From Botryllus schlosseri (Eukaryota), in the NCBI GenBank assembly GCA_051294905.1, contig CM119371.1, positions 37,202,001 to 37,266,000 of the forward strand: a stretch of 64,000 nt of DNA, in the 5' to 3' direction. Of the stretch, positions 48,833-61,600 are shown piece by piece. Every line of letters begins with the position of its first letter. Position 1 is the first letter of the stretch. The translations under genes were made by a program, and so were the position numbers. The notes under the pieces are model-generated. The model saw only the letters and a list, made by a program, of their open reading frames with translations, was not told the DNA's origin and did not search any database.

Positions 48833-50136
48833 CACTAGATTATACCAATACTTTACCTTACAGGTTTCATTTTTTAGTCTAAACTGTTCCTCACTATTTG
48901 ACTTGCATATAAGAACTTTCTATACATCTGCATGCACTCCAGTAGAAAATGTGTTACCTATCATTGTGCACTTGAGGTAGATTTTACATGTCTCGGGAAT
49001 GGCTGCTTCCATCTGTATATGAGTTGAAATTTATAACGTTACTTTTATCTCAACTTGAGTACCAACGATGAATACTTTGAATGCACAAAATCTTTGAAAA
49101 CGAACTAATTTCAACTTCGACCAAGATTGAGTTGGCAATCAATGGCGTGTCATGAGTTCGCGGAAACGCGGTCCGTTCATCATGTCGCGAAAAATAACAA
49201 AATTCGTGTTTTGGAAAGAGAAATCCGTTTTCTGCAGAAAAGTCCTTCTAATTTGTTTAATTTATATTATGATTTCGCTGACGAGCGGCCATATTTGGTG
49301 TGGGAAACGCTAATCGTGAGCGCGCGAGTTTTGGGTTTGGAGCTGATAACGATCTGCATCTATATTCGTCTCGTGCGATGTTTTAGTTTTGGCATGACTA
49401 ATAATATCCCGAGACGCTGGATTGCCCATCACTCGAATTCTAAATCTAATTGTTGAAAACTAGCCAGGTTTTTTGAGTCCTAATGATAACGATCTGCTCA
49501 CAACATTTCCACAAAACGAAAAACCGGGAAACAACAAGATTGCGTCGACTAATAGCCCGAAACATGACGATTAATAGAGTAGATGTATTGTTTTAAATGT
49601 TTGACGACAAGACGCTCTAAGAATCAGTATAGGAAGGAGAATTCTCGTCTTAAAAGACTACTTGGTGGGTGTTTCCAGGAAAATGAAGCGGCTACAGTAA
49701 CGGCAGAGTCGGACGACAAGAAAATTGCCAGCTTTTTCAAATCAGATTAGAATCAGAATGAGTGAATTCACATAAACTTTGAAATTGAATTCAATTCATA
49801 GAAAGAAATGCAACAAAATCAAGTTCAGATGGGATAAAATCATAATTATTTTTCGTAATCACGAGAATAGCAAATATCTGTAGAGCGAGCTGGGCTCATT
49901 TCGCACGATACAGTTCTCCAGTAGCATTTTCATGAAAATCAGAAATCGCATTAGAATTATAATGAGAACAAAGAAACATTTCACGTGTTTGATTAAAAGT
50001 AGAATTACCAAATTCGCAAACACTCAGAAATTGAATGCAATTCCGATTTTGAAGGAAATAAAACAAAAATCAAGTTTATTTCGTATCAAAGCATAGTTAA
50101 CTTTCATAAGCACGAGAATGGCAAATGCCTGCATAT

Positions 50137-50991
50137 CAGGGGTGTCACACTCAAATTGCGCCGCGGGCCGGATTCAAGCCTTCAAATTGCTCGCGGGCCG
50201 GACCAGTCAACTGATTCCAAAATGTTACCTAGTGCTCTTTTTTTCACTTCAATACCATAAAAATATATATAGATAATACGCGGTCACGGGGTTTTTAAAG
50301 TAGCAAGTCGCAAAACCCCAAAATACGATGATTGTATGGTTGAATCAGGGATATCTAGATATCCCTGGGTTGAATAAAGTTTAGAACTGCTAAAACAGTG
50401 GCGTTAGCGACGATATAAGCTGCCACATTCTATGCTCTATTTGATTTAGTCGTAGTCTGGTGTAAGCCCTGTGTATGGGTTGCGAGGAATAAAGATGTTG
50501 GGAAACGCTGACGTTGGAGTTTGGTCTATTATTATTAAACCGCGAATCCGGCTCCTCTCATGTCTGGAGATCTATTGAGTCGAAATTGACACAGCAGTGC
50601 GATATCTTTGGGAAACTGACATATTTTCCCTGTAAACTGTATATAACGGTTCCGCAGTGACGTTTTCGCTTCTGTGAATAACTAATTTTTGTCCATATTC
50701 GTATAAAACTCCGAACTTGGTGTGCACTTTTTGCTTTCTTGAAATTGGTTGTCGATTTCACCGACTTATTACTATAGCGGTAACTAGACTGATTAACCAT
50801 AGCGCCGTAGTCAGGTGGTTATAGTGGGGACTCTGAACATGGAAGTATGTCGTGTAAAATATCTCAACATTTGTTACAAAGGTGCTGGAAAATATAAGAT
50901 ATTTTCAATCTACTCAGAATTGCTTCGCGGGCCGGATGAAATGGTCCGGCGGGCCGGATGCGGCCCGCGGGCCGTATGTTTGACACCATTG
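50137..50991. mobile_element. Charlie-like MITE, sister of 47237-48110
   Basis: CAGGGGTGTCACAC...GTTTGACACCATTG with TSD ctgcatat/ctgtacat. Confidence 0.85.
50346..50367. other. 22-bp perfect palindrome with 8-bp TSD; candidate excision footprint
   Basis: ggttgaat-CAGGGATATCT/AGATATCCCTG-ggttgaat. The paralogous site at ~47468-47475 has a single ggttgaat. Confidence 0.8.
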
Positions 50992-53900
50992 CTGTACATG
51001 GAGCTTGGTTCGTTTGGCATGATACAGTTCCCCTGTAGTATTTTGAGGAAAGCCAAAAAAAGAGATCTGAATCAAAATTAGATCATAGAAATATCTCGCA
51101 AATTAGATTAGAATTAGATTACAGGCATTTCGTTGTAATTAGTACAATTTGACAACTACAATAATCAAGTTGTCGAAGTCTGTGTTATAGTCCGACATAT
51201 GAGTAGCGACCGAAATCGTCGATCCGTGTTTTGCGGCATTCTTGCGTCACAAGCGGTCAGCATTTACCAAGACTTGAAACTTCGCCTTATCGCTTTTACG
51301 ATTATTTATTGTCTTTGTTTCTAATCGACTCGTAAGATCGCTTTAGAGTTCCCCTAGAGTTTTGCAAAATCATGGAACGTCTTGCATAACAACAGTTTCA
51401 GAAATAGGAATTTTGAGTTCTCTTCGTGAAAAAGTCGACAGTTTTTGTGGAGCTGTCGCTGCCATTGCAAGTAGTACAATAGATATATATCTAACGTTTT
51501 CTAAACAGCAACAAATAGCCTTATAAATTTAGACTAATTTTAGAAAACAGTTTATTATATAACCAGGGCAAATATTTGCAGCTTTTCGTAAAACGACTCC
51601 ACGATTCGCAGATTGGCAATATTCCAACGTAAATTGTCGGCAAACAATATTGTTTCGTATATAACAGAAATACCTCGTATGTCGCAATTTCGACACTGGT
51701 ACTTAGAGGTGGTCTGTATCGAAGTACTTCAACTTCTACTTCTACTCAAGTAGTATCCAAGTCGTCTTTACCTACTTAAGCTACTTTCTCGAGTGCTTAT
51801 TATGTTAGGCTACTGGGTGCTGGCCGTTTAGCAGTTATTTTGGGCGAAACTGGGCCTAGAATACTTACAATCCCACTGACTTGAAAATCGTCACTTCTAT
51901 TCGTACTGGACTAGATATTTATGGAGATACTTCTACTCAATGAGTACTCGAGTACTTTTCGACATCTTGCACTACTTACTCAATTGTTTAACGATTTTAG
52001 ACCACTTCTAATTCTCAGTTTTCAGTTTGTTTTTTCAGACACAACTGCTGCGCATGCGCACGCAGCGGAAAATTTTCTAGATTCTAATCGGCAATGCTGC
52101 GTTACAGCATTGCGGCATCGAATAATAAACATTTCAGCGACAAAGACATTTCAGGATAATTGTTTTTTTGTTTGTTGGCTGCTTAGACGAAGTTAATGGA
52201 AAATATTTGGATCTTACAACAACAAACACATCGCGAATCGATTTTAAGTGGTTTCGTCTTATTTCAAGCAATCCAATTGCACGATGTGTGCGGAAATGCT
52301 GATTACAGTGACTTGACAATCCAGTCAGGTCCATTCAGAAATGGTCAGAAATCAAACTGAAGCCTCATTAGGAAATGAGCCATAATTTGAGTCGATCGTA
52401 AACGATACTGCGAAATGTAAGACCAAATATACATCTTGTGACGCACTAGAGCAGGCTCAATGAAAAATTAGGCCTCACAAATTTTACATCCTCTTAAAAT
52501 TAAGTTAATTAACGCCGATCTCATTTCCGATGCGTAAATCTTCCCTCGCAATTATCACAACAGAACGTGAAATCGAAAAAGATTTTGAAATGTTCGCGAT
52601 TGGTACAATTTCGGGATATTTCGGGGATAATAGCCGAGCGCGGTACCCAAAAGATTGTGATGAAACCGATCTCAAGGCGATGATTATATTCTAAAATAAA
52701 TTGCCGTATAATCAGTTTGATTCGTGGGGATTTTAGTCGATGTAAGACTTATGAGAAATGAATTTGTATTTTAGTGTCCCGGATTCGGATTTGGATGTAA
52801 GAAAACCGGGTTTTAGGATTTTGGTCGGATTAGGATTGGCTATTTGTAGCAGAATTTTGACTTCAACTTGAAATATGTGATGATTTACAATTTCCAGGCG
52901 ACTTTTGAATCAAATTTCTTTGTTTTTCAATTTCACTCGGATTTGGGAATGATATAAAAAATAAATTCCTAATATGGGTTAGGACCTACACATAAAATTT
53001 CTGGCAAATTTGCCATTGCATGTGATTTTTGAATGAAATTTATGTCATTACCGGATATGAAATTAGATTTGAATAGAATGAAATTTCATGCAATTTTGGT
53101 ATAAAATCAGAGATCTCTTCACAATTTCACTGGGATTTGAGCATGGTGCAAAATAAAATCTATATTTGAATTTGGATTTGACAAAAAAATTCATAATAAT
53201 TCTGTATTTTCAGGCGCTTTTTGAATATAATTTCAGTTTTCTTTTCTACTTCATTAGAATTGGGACATGATACAAAATAAATTCTGGATTTCGATTAGAA
53301 TCTAAAATCAGGAACAGGATTTGGGCTAAAAAAATATGAATTATATTCTAAAGGGTGGACGCTTTCAATACGTACAATGTTATTTTCAATTTACTACTAA
53401 TTGCTGACGATTACCACTGACGAAAATATTCAGGTCCATTTCAATATGAATATATTATTCAATTGTTAATCAATGACTGTGAGTCAACAAACGATTGTCG
53501 GCACGGTATTGTTTCACAACGCGGACGACTTGAAATTCCAAATGTTCGCTCATTATGACGAAACAGATGTGATGGTTAGCGAAGAATGGAATTAGTCAGT
53601 CGAGTTACAAGCTCACAGTTTATTGTCGCGGGCGGCAGCTAATCCGATTAGCGACCGTGTTTTCGTTACGGGCATTCCTCACGCGTGCTTTGAAGACGAG
53701 ATATTGTAAACAAGGAGTGCCGAACGTTGTGCTTCTTGGAACAAGGCAGGAATATTCGTTTGCACATAGTGCATAGCATACAGGTATATAACACGGCATT
53801 CTTAAGGCACCATGGTGGTCGGTCAGTAATGAAGAACTTCCACTTTTTTGTGGTATTAAAGTAAGTTTACCCTACTTATCCAACTTACTCAAGTGGGTAT

Positions 53901-54395
53901 GATGTTAGCAGTGGGAGTTAACAGCCTCGAATAGAGCGCTAGCTACAAGCTGGACGATTGGGGGCGCTGAGAGCAAAAGTGGCGTTATGCTCTATAAAAC
54001 CAAGGTGGAAAATCCATTATTCACCTTCATATTTGCGCACTATGTGGTCACGGCGTTCGCTGTTGTACAAGACGAATTCAATCTGATATCATCATCAACG
54101 CTCTCCCTAGATCTTCATTGGCATACAATATTGACTTTTCTAATCAATAAACCATTGCGAACTGAATGCCTAGCCACTGTGGTTATTGTACACACATCTA
54201 TAAACGGCTGTAAAACGAGTATGATGAATATTTAAGAAGTTGATGCCCACAACGAAGTACAATGGCATTTGAAGGGAAATTGCTATACAGTGTACACGAT
54301 TTCATTCCTTGATGGTGCATGTCCAAGGATTTATCCAGACTTGTGATTTTGAATGAACGTGCAGCGTGCTGCCTATGAATTATGAAGGGTTAGGA

Positions 54396-54812
54396 TAGGG
54401 TTACCATATGTCCTCTTTAAAGAGGATTTCTCGTCTGTTTTTAATAAATTGAAAGAGTCCTCGGAGGACGCCCAAAGGTCCTTTTTTGGGAATTTTGTCG
54501 TCATTTTCCACGAGAAGTGTATTAATGCGATCAAAAACTGGACTGCGACGAAGCGAACGCCAGGGATGGCAAGATAGAAAACGGAAAATACGGCCCGACG
54601 GGTATTTCGGGAGTCGAGTCGGAGAATTGTTCCCCCTTTTTTAGTCAACCCCGGTAATAAAAAGAGAAAGCGGGAGTTTCCGAGTCAAATCTGAAAAATT
54701 ATCTTTTTTTTATTCAACACGATGCTATTACTGGAAAAAAAATTCAATTCACCCGGCTTTTAGAATTTTGAAAAGTTGCCTCTTTTTCGGATTTTAAAAC
54801 ATGGTAATCCTA
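54396..54812. mobile_element. hAT-Blackjack-like MITE
   Basis: TAGGGTTACCATATG...CATGGTAATCCTA with TSD ggttagga/tgttaggg. Confidence 0.75.
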
Positions 54813-57156
54813 TGTTAGGGGGACGGGTGATTCGTGTAAAAACATGTACGAACACTGATGTGTTGAACTATATTTCGGCTACACAGTTTGTTTTCAGCTT
54901 TTTAGGCAAAATTGGGCCAGGAACACTTACTATTTTTCGTACTTGAAAATCAATACCTCTACTAGTTAGTTAGATTATAAACGTGAGACGTTATTTCTAC
55001 ATTTTCTAAAGAAGTACACAACTAATACTTCAGTTGTTCTGGTCGACTTGCACTTCTTACTCAAGATGCTGGGATTCTAGAGTACTTCCATATCACAACA
55101 CTTTATAGTATTTTAGGCTAAAACGGGCCCACAGCATTTACTGTTTTACGTACTTTAAAATCGCTACTTCAAAATGTATACTTCATTGTAAATTTCCTAT
55201 GGTATTCTGACTTCTGCTCAAGTAGTGCTCAGACTATTATGTTGATGGGATAATTCTTCTTCTACACTGTTTACTTTATAAACACTTTTGAAGTAGACAG
55301 TGGTTTCAGAACTCTTTACACTACATTTATGATTGAATAGGGATAAAGAACCGACATTGTAGCACGATAACTGCATTTAACTCCATATAACACCGTAACC
55401 AATAAGCACGAGTGTATATAATGTTTATATTCTCCAGGGTTCCGGCTTAACGTGAAGGTCGTAAAGATCATATCGCCGGCACCCGTCTATACCGAGATCC
55501 AGTCATTTACACACAATATTAGGGTGTATGTGTTTTGTTTGGGGGTATTTTGTACAGACTCAATCTGTTTTATTATTAATGTTCCGGTTGACGTAGCAAT
55601 GGAATCTCTCTCTCTCTCTCTCTTGACGGACGGATTGCACCTATTTGAGTAGCATTATAGTCATTTTACTATGGTCGTGCCGGTGTAATTCCGAAAGCAA
55701 CCACCTCCCATTAACTGATGAAAGTATGCGACCCTTTGATCGAAGTGTATTTTTTGAAACTACTAGCTTGTTTCAGTTTCCTACCTTTTATTTACTACTC
55801 TTATTTGATATTCTTGTAAAGGGCTACTTCTACCCGCAATTAAGTCGACATTTGAAGCGTTACTAGTACTTCCATGCTTGAGCAATTGAGGACACTATAC
55901 TTTAACCAGCACTGTTATGCGCTAGCAAAACGTTGCTTTGTTATGTAATGCGATCCGCCATCAATCACGTTATTACATCAGTCTATGACTAACTAAGAAC
56001 TTGTCATTGTTTCGTTACGTTGTAGTAATAAACAGACGTGACAGCTGTCAAAACACTATTCGCGTCTGGGATAGGCTCTAATTCATGCCGTGTAATTACG
56101 AGGATTTCTGCATGTTTTCAATGTTTATATTTACGTTTCAACGAGCTAGATTACTCAGGTATCGAGTTCTCAAGCAGAGTCAACAAACATTCGGGCGGTT
56201 GGCAAATCCGATGCTTGATTGTAGTAGTAAATTAGAAGTAATGCCGTAGCTTTTACTGAAGCTTTCCGACAGTCGTCGAGTATGTCCACATTCAAGTCGA
56301 AATACAAGCAGCTTCTACTGAATAAATAGCATTCAGCCCGGAAGATTACCAGACCAAGATCTGACATATCGAGCTCGCCTTCCGGCACATGCCACCTCGT
56401 TTTGTCGCTTGTCCTTTTATGCTTTATTATAATACTACTCATTCGTGCGCCTTATTTACATCGCTTAGGCCCAGGTGGGTGTCTGATTTCGAAGACTACT
56501 CCAAGACATTTCGACACCTCCCTATCTTTTCAATGTATCGCAGTCTTGTGTTGTTTTGAAATGATGAAAATTCTACATAAACTAGTACTGATACTGATAC
56601 TACAATGATAGGTTATCAGAAATTTTTCTACACCATTTTAGTCATCTCACCAGTCACCATACACATCATACCCGAGGCTCTGCTAGGAATTCATTTCGAC
56701 AGCGAGAACATCCAAAAACAATTAGGTTCCAGGGCCTGATGATATGGAACTTCATTCCGTCTTATATTAAGGATAAACCTCTCCTTACTGTATGTTTTCC
56801 CACTGCCATTACTGTGAATTGTGAATGCTTCCAATTATTTTCTTCTGTCTTTGCTACATTACGAATGTGTTATATTTGTATTCTGAGTTACACAATGCAA
56901 AAAAAAAATCCATTCAGGCTGTAGCCTCCCGATACTTGATCTCCCGATCCCTTCGCTTTCTAAATGGGTTACTCTCTGAATTGCAATATGTTTTTTCGCA
57001 ACTAACACAAAATGACCAATGACACTTCGAATTTTAGAAAATGTATTCACATGCCGTGATATAGGGGCCATTTCACGCCGTTTTATTGACAATTTCACCG
57101 ATTGAATCAAATTTGTCCAAAAAATACTTTTTACTTCTCCCAAAATGACTGATGAC

Positions 57157-57952
57157 TAGGGCGAATTTTTTGACATGACAAAATAAGTCAAAATTTTGTG
57201 AAGATTGTAGCGTTAGATCAAAAAATTGTCAAAATTGTTTACAAAGTCAAAAATTTTTTGGCAACCTGCATTTTATATCGTAGTCGTTTGCACTGTTTTT
57301 CATTTGATATTTTACAGTTTGTTGCCCACTTTATAGGTCTACCGGTGTAGACGGCCCATTGTCTGCTCATTGCGAATCAGAATCGGTCAAATGAAACAAA
57401 TAGGTTGATATGGTGTTATGCTCAACGTACCGCAACATCCTAACTGAAGCAAGACTGCGTGGACATTGGTTCTTATGTCAAGAAGCGTACGACGAAAATT
57501 GTGATGTAGGTAGACGACATTGTCAGAATGAAGCAACGCGGTGCAACACTTCGTGTTGCCAGCCAACTACTGCTGCTGTTGAACGCTCTTCCTCCATTCT
57601 TGGCAAGCTACTTAGTAAGGACAGACACTTTCTACCCGAGAATGTAGGAAAGTATCTTTCGTTGTAATCCGGGTCCAGATTTCGTTTAAATAAAGATTTT
57701 TCATGTAACAATTTGTCAGTTTTTGAGTCAAAAAAATTTTTTTTTTCAGGCCAAACTACTTCGTAAGGACAGACAGTTAGTTCCAACCAGTAATGAAGTT
57801 AAGTAGTACAATTCTAACATTATGCGGGAAAACACCTAATTCGCATACATTAGGTCAAAGTTTGGTCTAAATTAAGTTTTTGTAGGTCAATAAATGTCAA
57901 AAATGAATTTTTTAGCTAAAAAATCTTCCGTTTTTTAGGGAAAATCGCCCTA
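57157..57952 (+). mobile_element. hAT deletion derivative, sister of 2612-3514
   Basis: TAGGGCGAA...ATCGCCCTA with perfect TSD ctgatgac. Remnant CCQPTTAAVERSSSILGKLLSKDRHFLPENV. Confidence 0.85.
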
Positions 57953-58024
57953 CTGATGACACTACGGTGGAATTGCCGAGAACATATCCAGGTACAATGA
58001 TAGAGCGAAAAATGTCTGTTTCAC

Positions 58025-58621
58025 TATAGATAACTAACCTACGGATAGATGCGCAACACGTGATTCACGGTCGAGTGACGCTACAGTCGCAGATTTGTTG
58101 TTGCTTCATAGCATGAAACGGCAACGTAATTGCTAATCCCATAGATGACGACCCTAGCGCTCAAGTTTAATAAAGTTGATCTTATTTGAAAGCTGTAGTC
58201 GCGCTGATTATGATAATATATATCAAAATCTGACCAGGGCAATGGAACCCCCTCGAAATACCTCTCAAAGGCTGAAAATCGGCATTGTTCTGAACAATCG
58301 CAACCCCGCAAGGACCATTGTTATGGTCTTTGTGCTGCGTCGTTGCGATTGTTTGGAACAATGCAGATTTTCAGACTTTGAAGGCTATTTCGGGGTGGTT
58401 CCATTGCCTTGATGAAAATTTAATCTATATTATCAGAATCAGCGCGGCTGTAACTTTCGAATAATATCAACGTTAATAAATTTGAGCGCTCGGGTCGTCA
58501 TCTATGGGATTAACAATTACATTGTCATTTCATGCTATGAAGCGACAACAAATCTGCGACTGTAGCATCACTCGACCGTGAATCACGTGATGCGCATCTA
58601 TCCGTAGGTTAGTTATCTATA
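58025..58621. mobile_element. P-superfamily-like foldback MITE (almost entirely palindromic)
   Basis: TATAGATAACTAACCTACGGATAGATGCGCA...TCCGTAGGTTAGTTATCTATA, ~280-bp arms, perfect 7-bp TSD gtttcac. Related pieces at ~13022-13580, ~24410-24700 and ~46300-46630. Confidence 0.85.
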
Positions 58622-61600
58622 GTTTCACACCCTTGTACCACCCGTGATATACGGGCGTGGTTATACACCCGTGGTACACCCGTATATCAGGGGTGGTGCA
58701 CGGGTGGAAATACACAGTCTTTTTGCTAAGAGTGCACTTCGTAACAAACCACCTCCGGAAACAGAACCACATAAGATAAACTGCAGCAAAACATGTCGAT
58801 AATCTTTTAATAGAAGAGGCTCCGATGATTCATCGTTGTGGGTTTGGGTCAAAAAATGTTCAGGTTCAAGTGGGATTTGTCTAAAAACACAGGCACTTGT
58901 TGCATAAGTAAGGAAACACGTGAATACGTAGGGCAAAATCAGAAGTTTCAATAAGAAATAGTTTTGTGTCAAAACTGTCTAGAAGAAATTGAAGTATAGG
59001 CTAAAAACTGAATCACTCCAGTAAGTGTTGACAAGGAACATTGACAGACATTAAAACGAGATATCTTTAATAAAATTGGCGATCGCTCGTATAAGTTGAC
59101 TGAAAAAGCGGTCATTTTCCGAGTCGGTACCTAGAAACCAATTTTGGTTGGGTTGACCTTTTTTTAGTCAATCTACGTAGCAATTACAGTACAACCCATT
59201 TTTACGTGTATTTGTGGACGATATGGCCTTTTTCGGTTGTGTGTGTGAACTCGTCCAACAATCAACGTAATAAAAGAGTCCGAATTGCTAAAAAAGAGGA
59301 CATTCGGGCGTCCTCGGATGACAGTTAAGTTTTCTTGAAAAAAGAGGACGGATCCTAATGAAAGAGTCTCTTAAGAATGATCATTTGTGTTAAGTTTAAT
59401 ATAAACATATGAAACATGCTTGAGAAAATACGATTGTTGATGTACAAAATTGTTTTCAAATCTCTATTAGTTACTGACGATTAACCCAGACAAGTGTCAG
59501 CCAATAATATTCGGGTTCATTTCAATATCGGTATACCATTCAGTTGTACTTGAAAAAAGCAAACATGCTACGTTACCGATCAAGGCTGTTCTGCAGCAAA
59601 ACATACCGATAATCTTTTAATATCAGCGGCACCGATGATTCATCGTTATAAACACAACGTGGCTGAACATCATACCGAGATGAACAATCACAAATTAAAT
59701 CCAATTAAGAATTAATGAAGACTTGGGCCAGATGCGGACAACTGGAGTCAAGTGCCGCTTCTAATTATTTGTTTACGAGTTCGAGCCTTCAGTACGGTGA
59801 GGTCATCAATCACGAAAAGCTACTCACCATAAAAGGAGGTTTTTACATCTATTTTCAATAAAATCATTTAGAAGGTACCTATACCGGATCTGGTCAAAGC
59901 AGTCAACGTTGCTACTCAAGTAAAAGTAGACGTAAGACACTAAATTCTTACTCAAATGCAAGTAAAAGTGACAAGATGTCTCACAAATTCTTCAAGTGGA
60001 AGTAATGTAGAAGGCAGTGGATTCAATCGTGGGGTCTCACGCTTGGAGCAGATGATGATCGGATGTGGCTACTCTCGAATTTGCGAGATGCATCTTCCCG
60101 ACTAACGCAAAATGATCAATGACACTATAAATGTATACTATAATCTTTCCAATTCTCCACTAGTTGCTGACGATTACCCCTGACGAGTGCCAGGCGAAAA
60201 TATTCGGGTTCATTTCAATATGAATTCAATTGTATATTAAAGTTCTGTACCTCCAAGAAACTCTTCAAATATGGGTAGGATGTTGGGAAATAGATTCAGA
60301 AGTGGCATACAAAATATATATTAGGTCACGAAAATGAGTATTGACACTGCAAATAGCGCAATTTTTCAAATTATATTCCGTTACCGTATTACAGGGGCTA
60401 TTTTCCATAGTTTTTTTGACAACTACAGTCATAAGAGTGATGCAAACTAATCTCTGCTGTACAAAAATCCAAAAAGAAAGTCGTTCTGCCTAAAATCTGT
60501 TCAAGTGCGAACGTAGTATAGTCTAAAAACATTAACAGAGCAAATAGTGCAAGTAGACACTGCCCCCTTAAGTATTATGTTGGGTTACCATATTATAAGA
60601 TCAAAAAATATGACAATTTTTTCAAGTTACAACAAGAGACATATCAATGGAAAATTTATACAGATAATGGTGATCGCACGGTAGGCTGACTAAAAAGTTC
60701 AATTTACCGCGTCGGTACCTTAAAGCCGGGATTTCACAGACAGTTTCCGTTGGGTTGACCTTTTTTGTAATCACGGCAGTTCTACAAAAAAGCAGGTTTT
60801 CACATGTACTTTGTAGCGAATTGGCCATTTTTAGTCGCATCTGTATAGTCGCCTAAGACTCAAAGCAAAAGGAGAGGACGGATTGCGAAAAAAGAAGACA
60901 TTTCGCCATCCTCCGAGGATATTTTTGCTTTACCGCAAAGAGGACAAATGGTATCCCTATAGTATTATGAAAAGGTAGCAGTACTTCATCCTTGTCGAAA
61001 TCGAAAGAACATTTTGATGTCATGTATTGAACGTACGAACATATTCGAGAAAAGCATTTTGACGTACAGAGTACGCGTACGAATGCGACATTGGCGCCAT
61101 GGAACGCAAAATTTGAATCGGATAATCTCAAACTAAACTCTCCGCAAGCCCGACTTAAAATCGTTGGATGATTCCATGACCTCAGCTCGGAATAATACGG
61201 CGATAGTGACGTGTCAATCAACCGGTCATTGCGCGTAAACAGAGGCCATTGTGACGAATTCGCTTCAGACCGAACGAATCAAAACATGGGTTTATGCGAA
61301 GGTCAAAAGAGCGATAAGTTCGGGTGATTGACTGAGCTTAAGTCCCCAGTTCAATTGTTTAGGTATCCAGCAGATTTCGACACGTAGTGAATTCTAGTTG
61401 TTTAATCAGACCAATTAGAGTGGAATGCTAGTTATATAATTCTAATCCTATTCGTGGAATGTTTTAATTCTCTAAATTCAATTCAAATTTAATTTCTGGT
61501 TTTCATAAAAATGCTACAGGACTGTATCGCAAGAAACGAGCCGAGCTCACTGTACATACATTCGCCATTTTCCTGCTTGTGAGGATGAACTCTGAGTTGA

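Noticed and set aside
52770..53340. GGATT-rich degenerate repeats (also 5760-6130 and 31330-31500)
   Set aside because: Probably decayed subterminal arrays of old MITEs; boundaries cannot be defined.
58022..58030. Transib/RAG-like CACTATAG terminus
   Set aside because: The CAC belongs to the 7-bp TSD gtttcac, and the other end does not mirror it.
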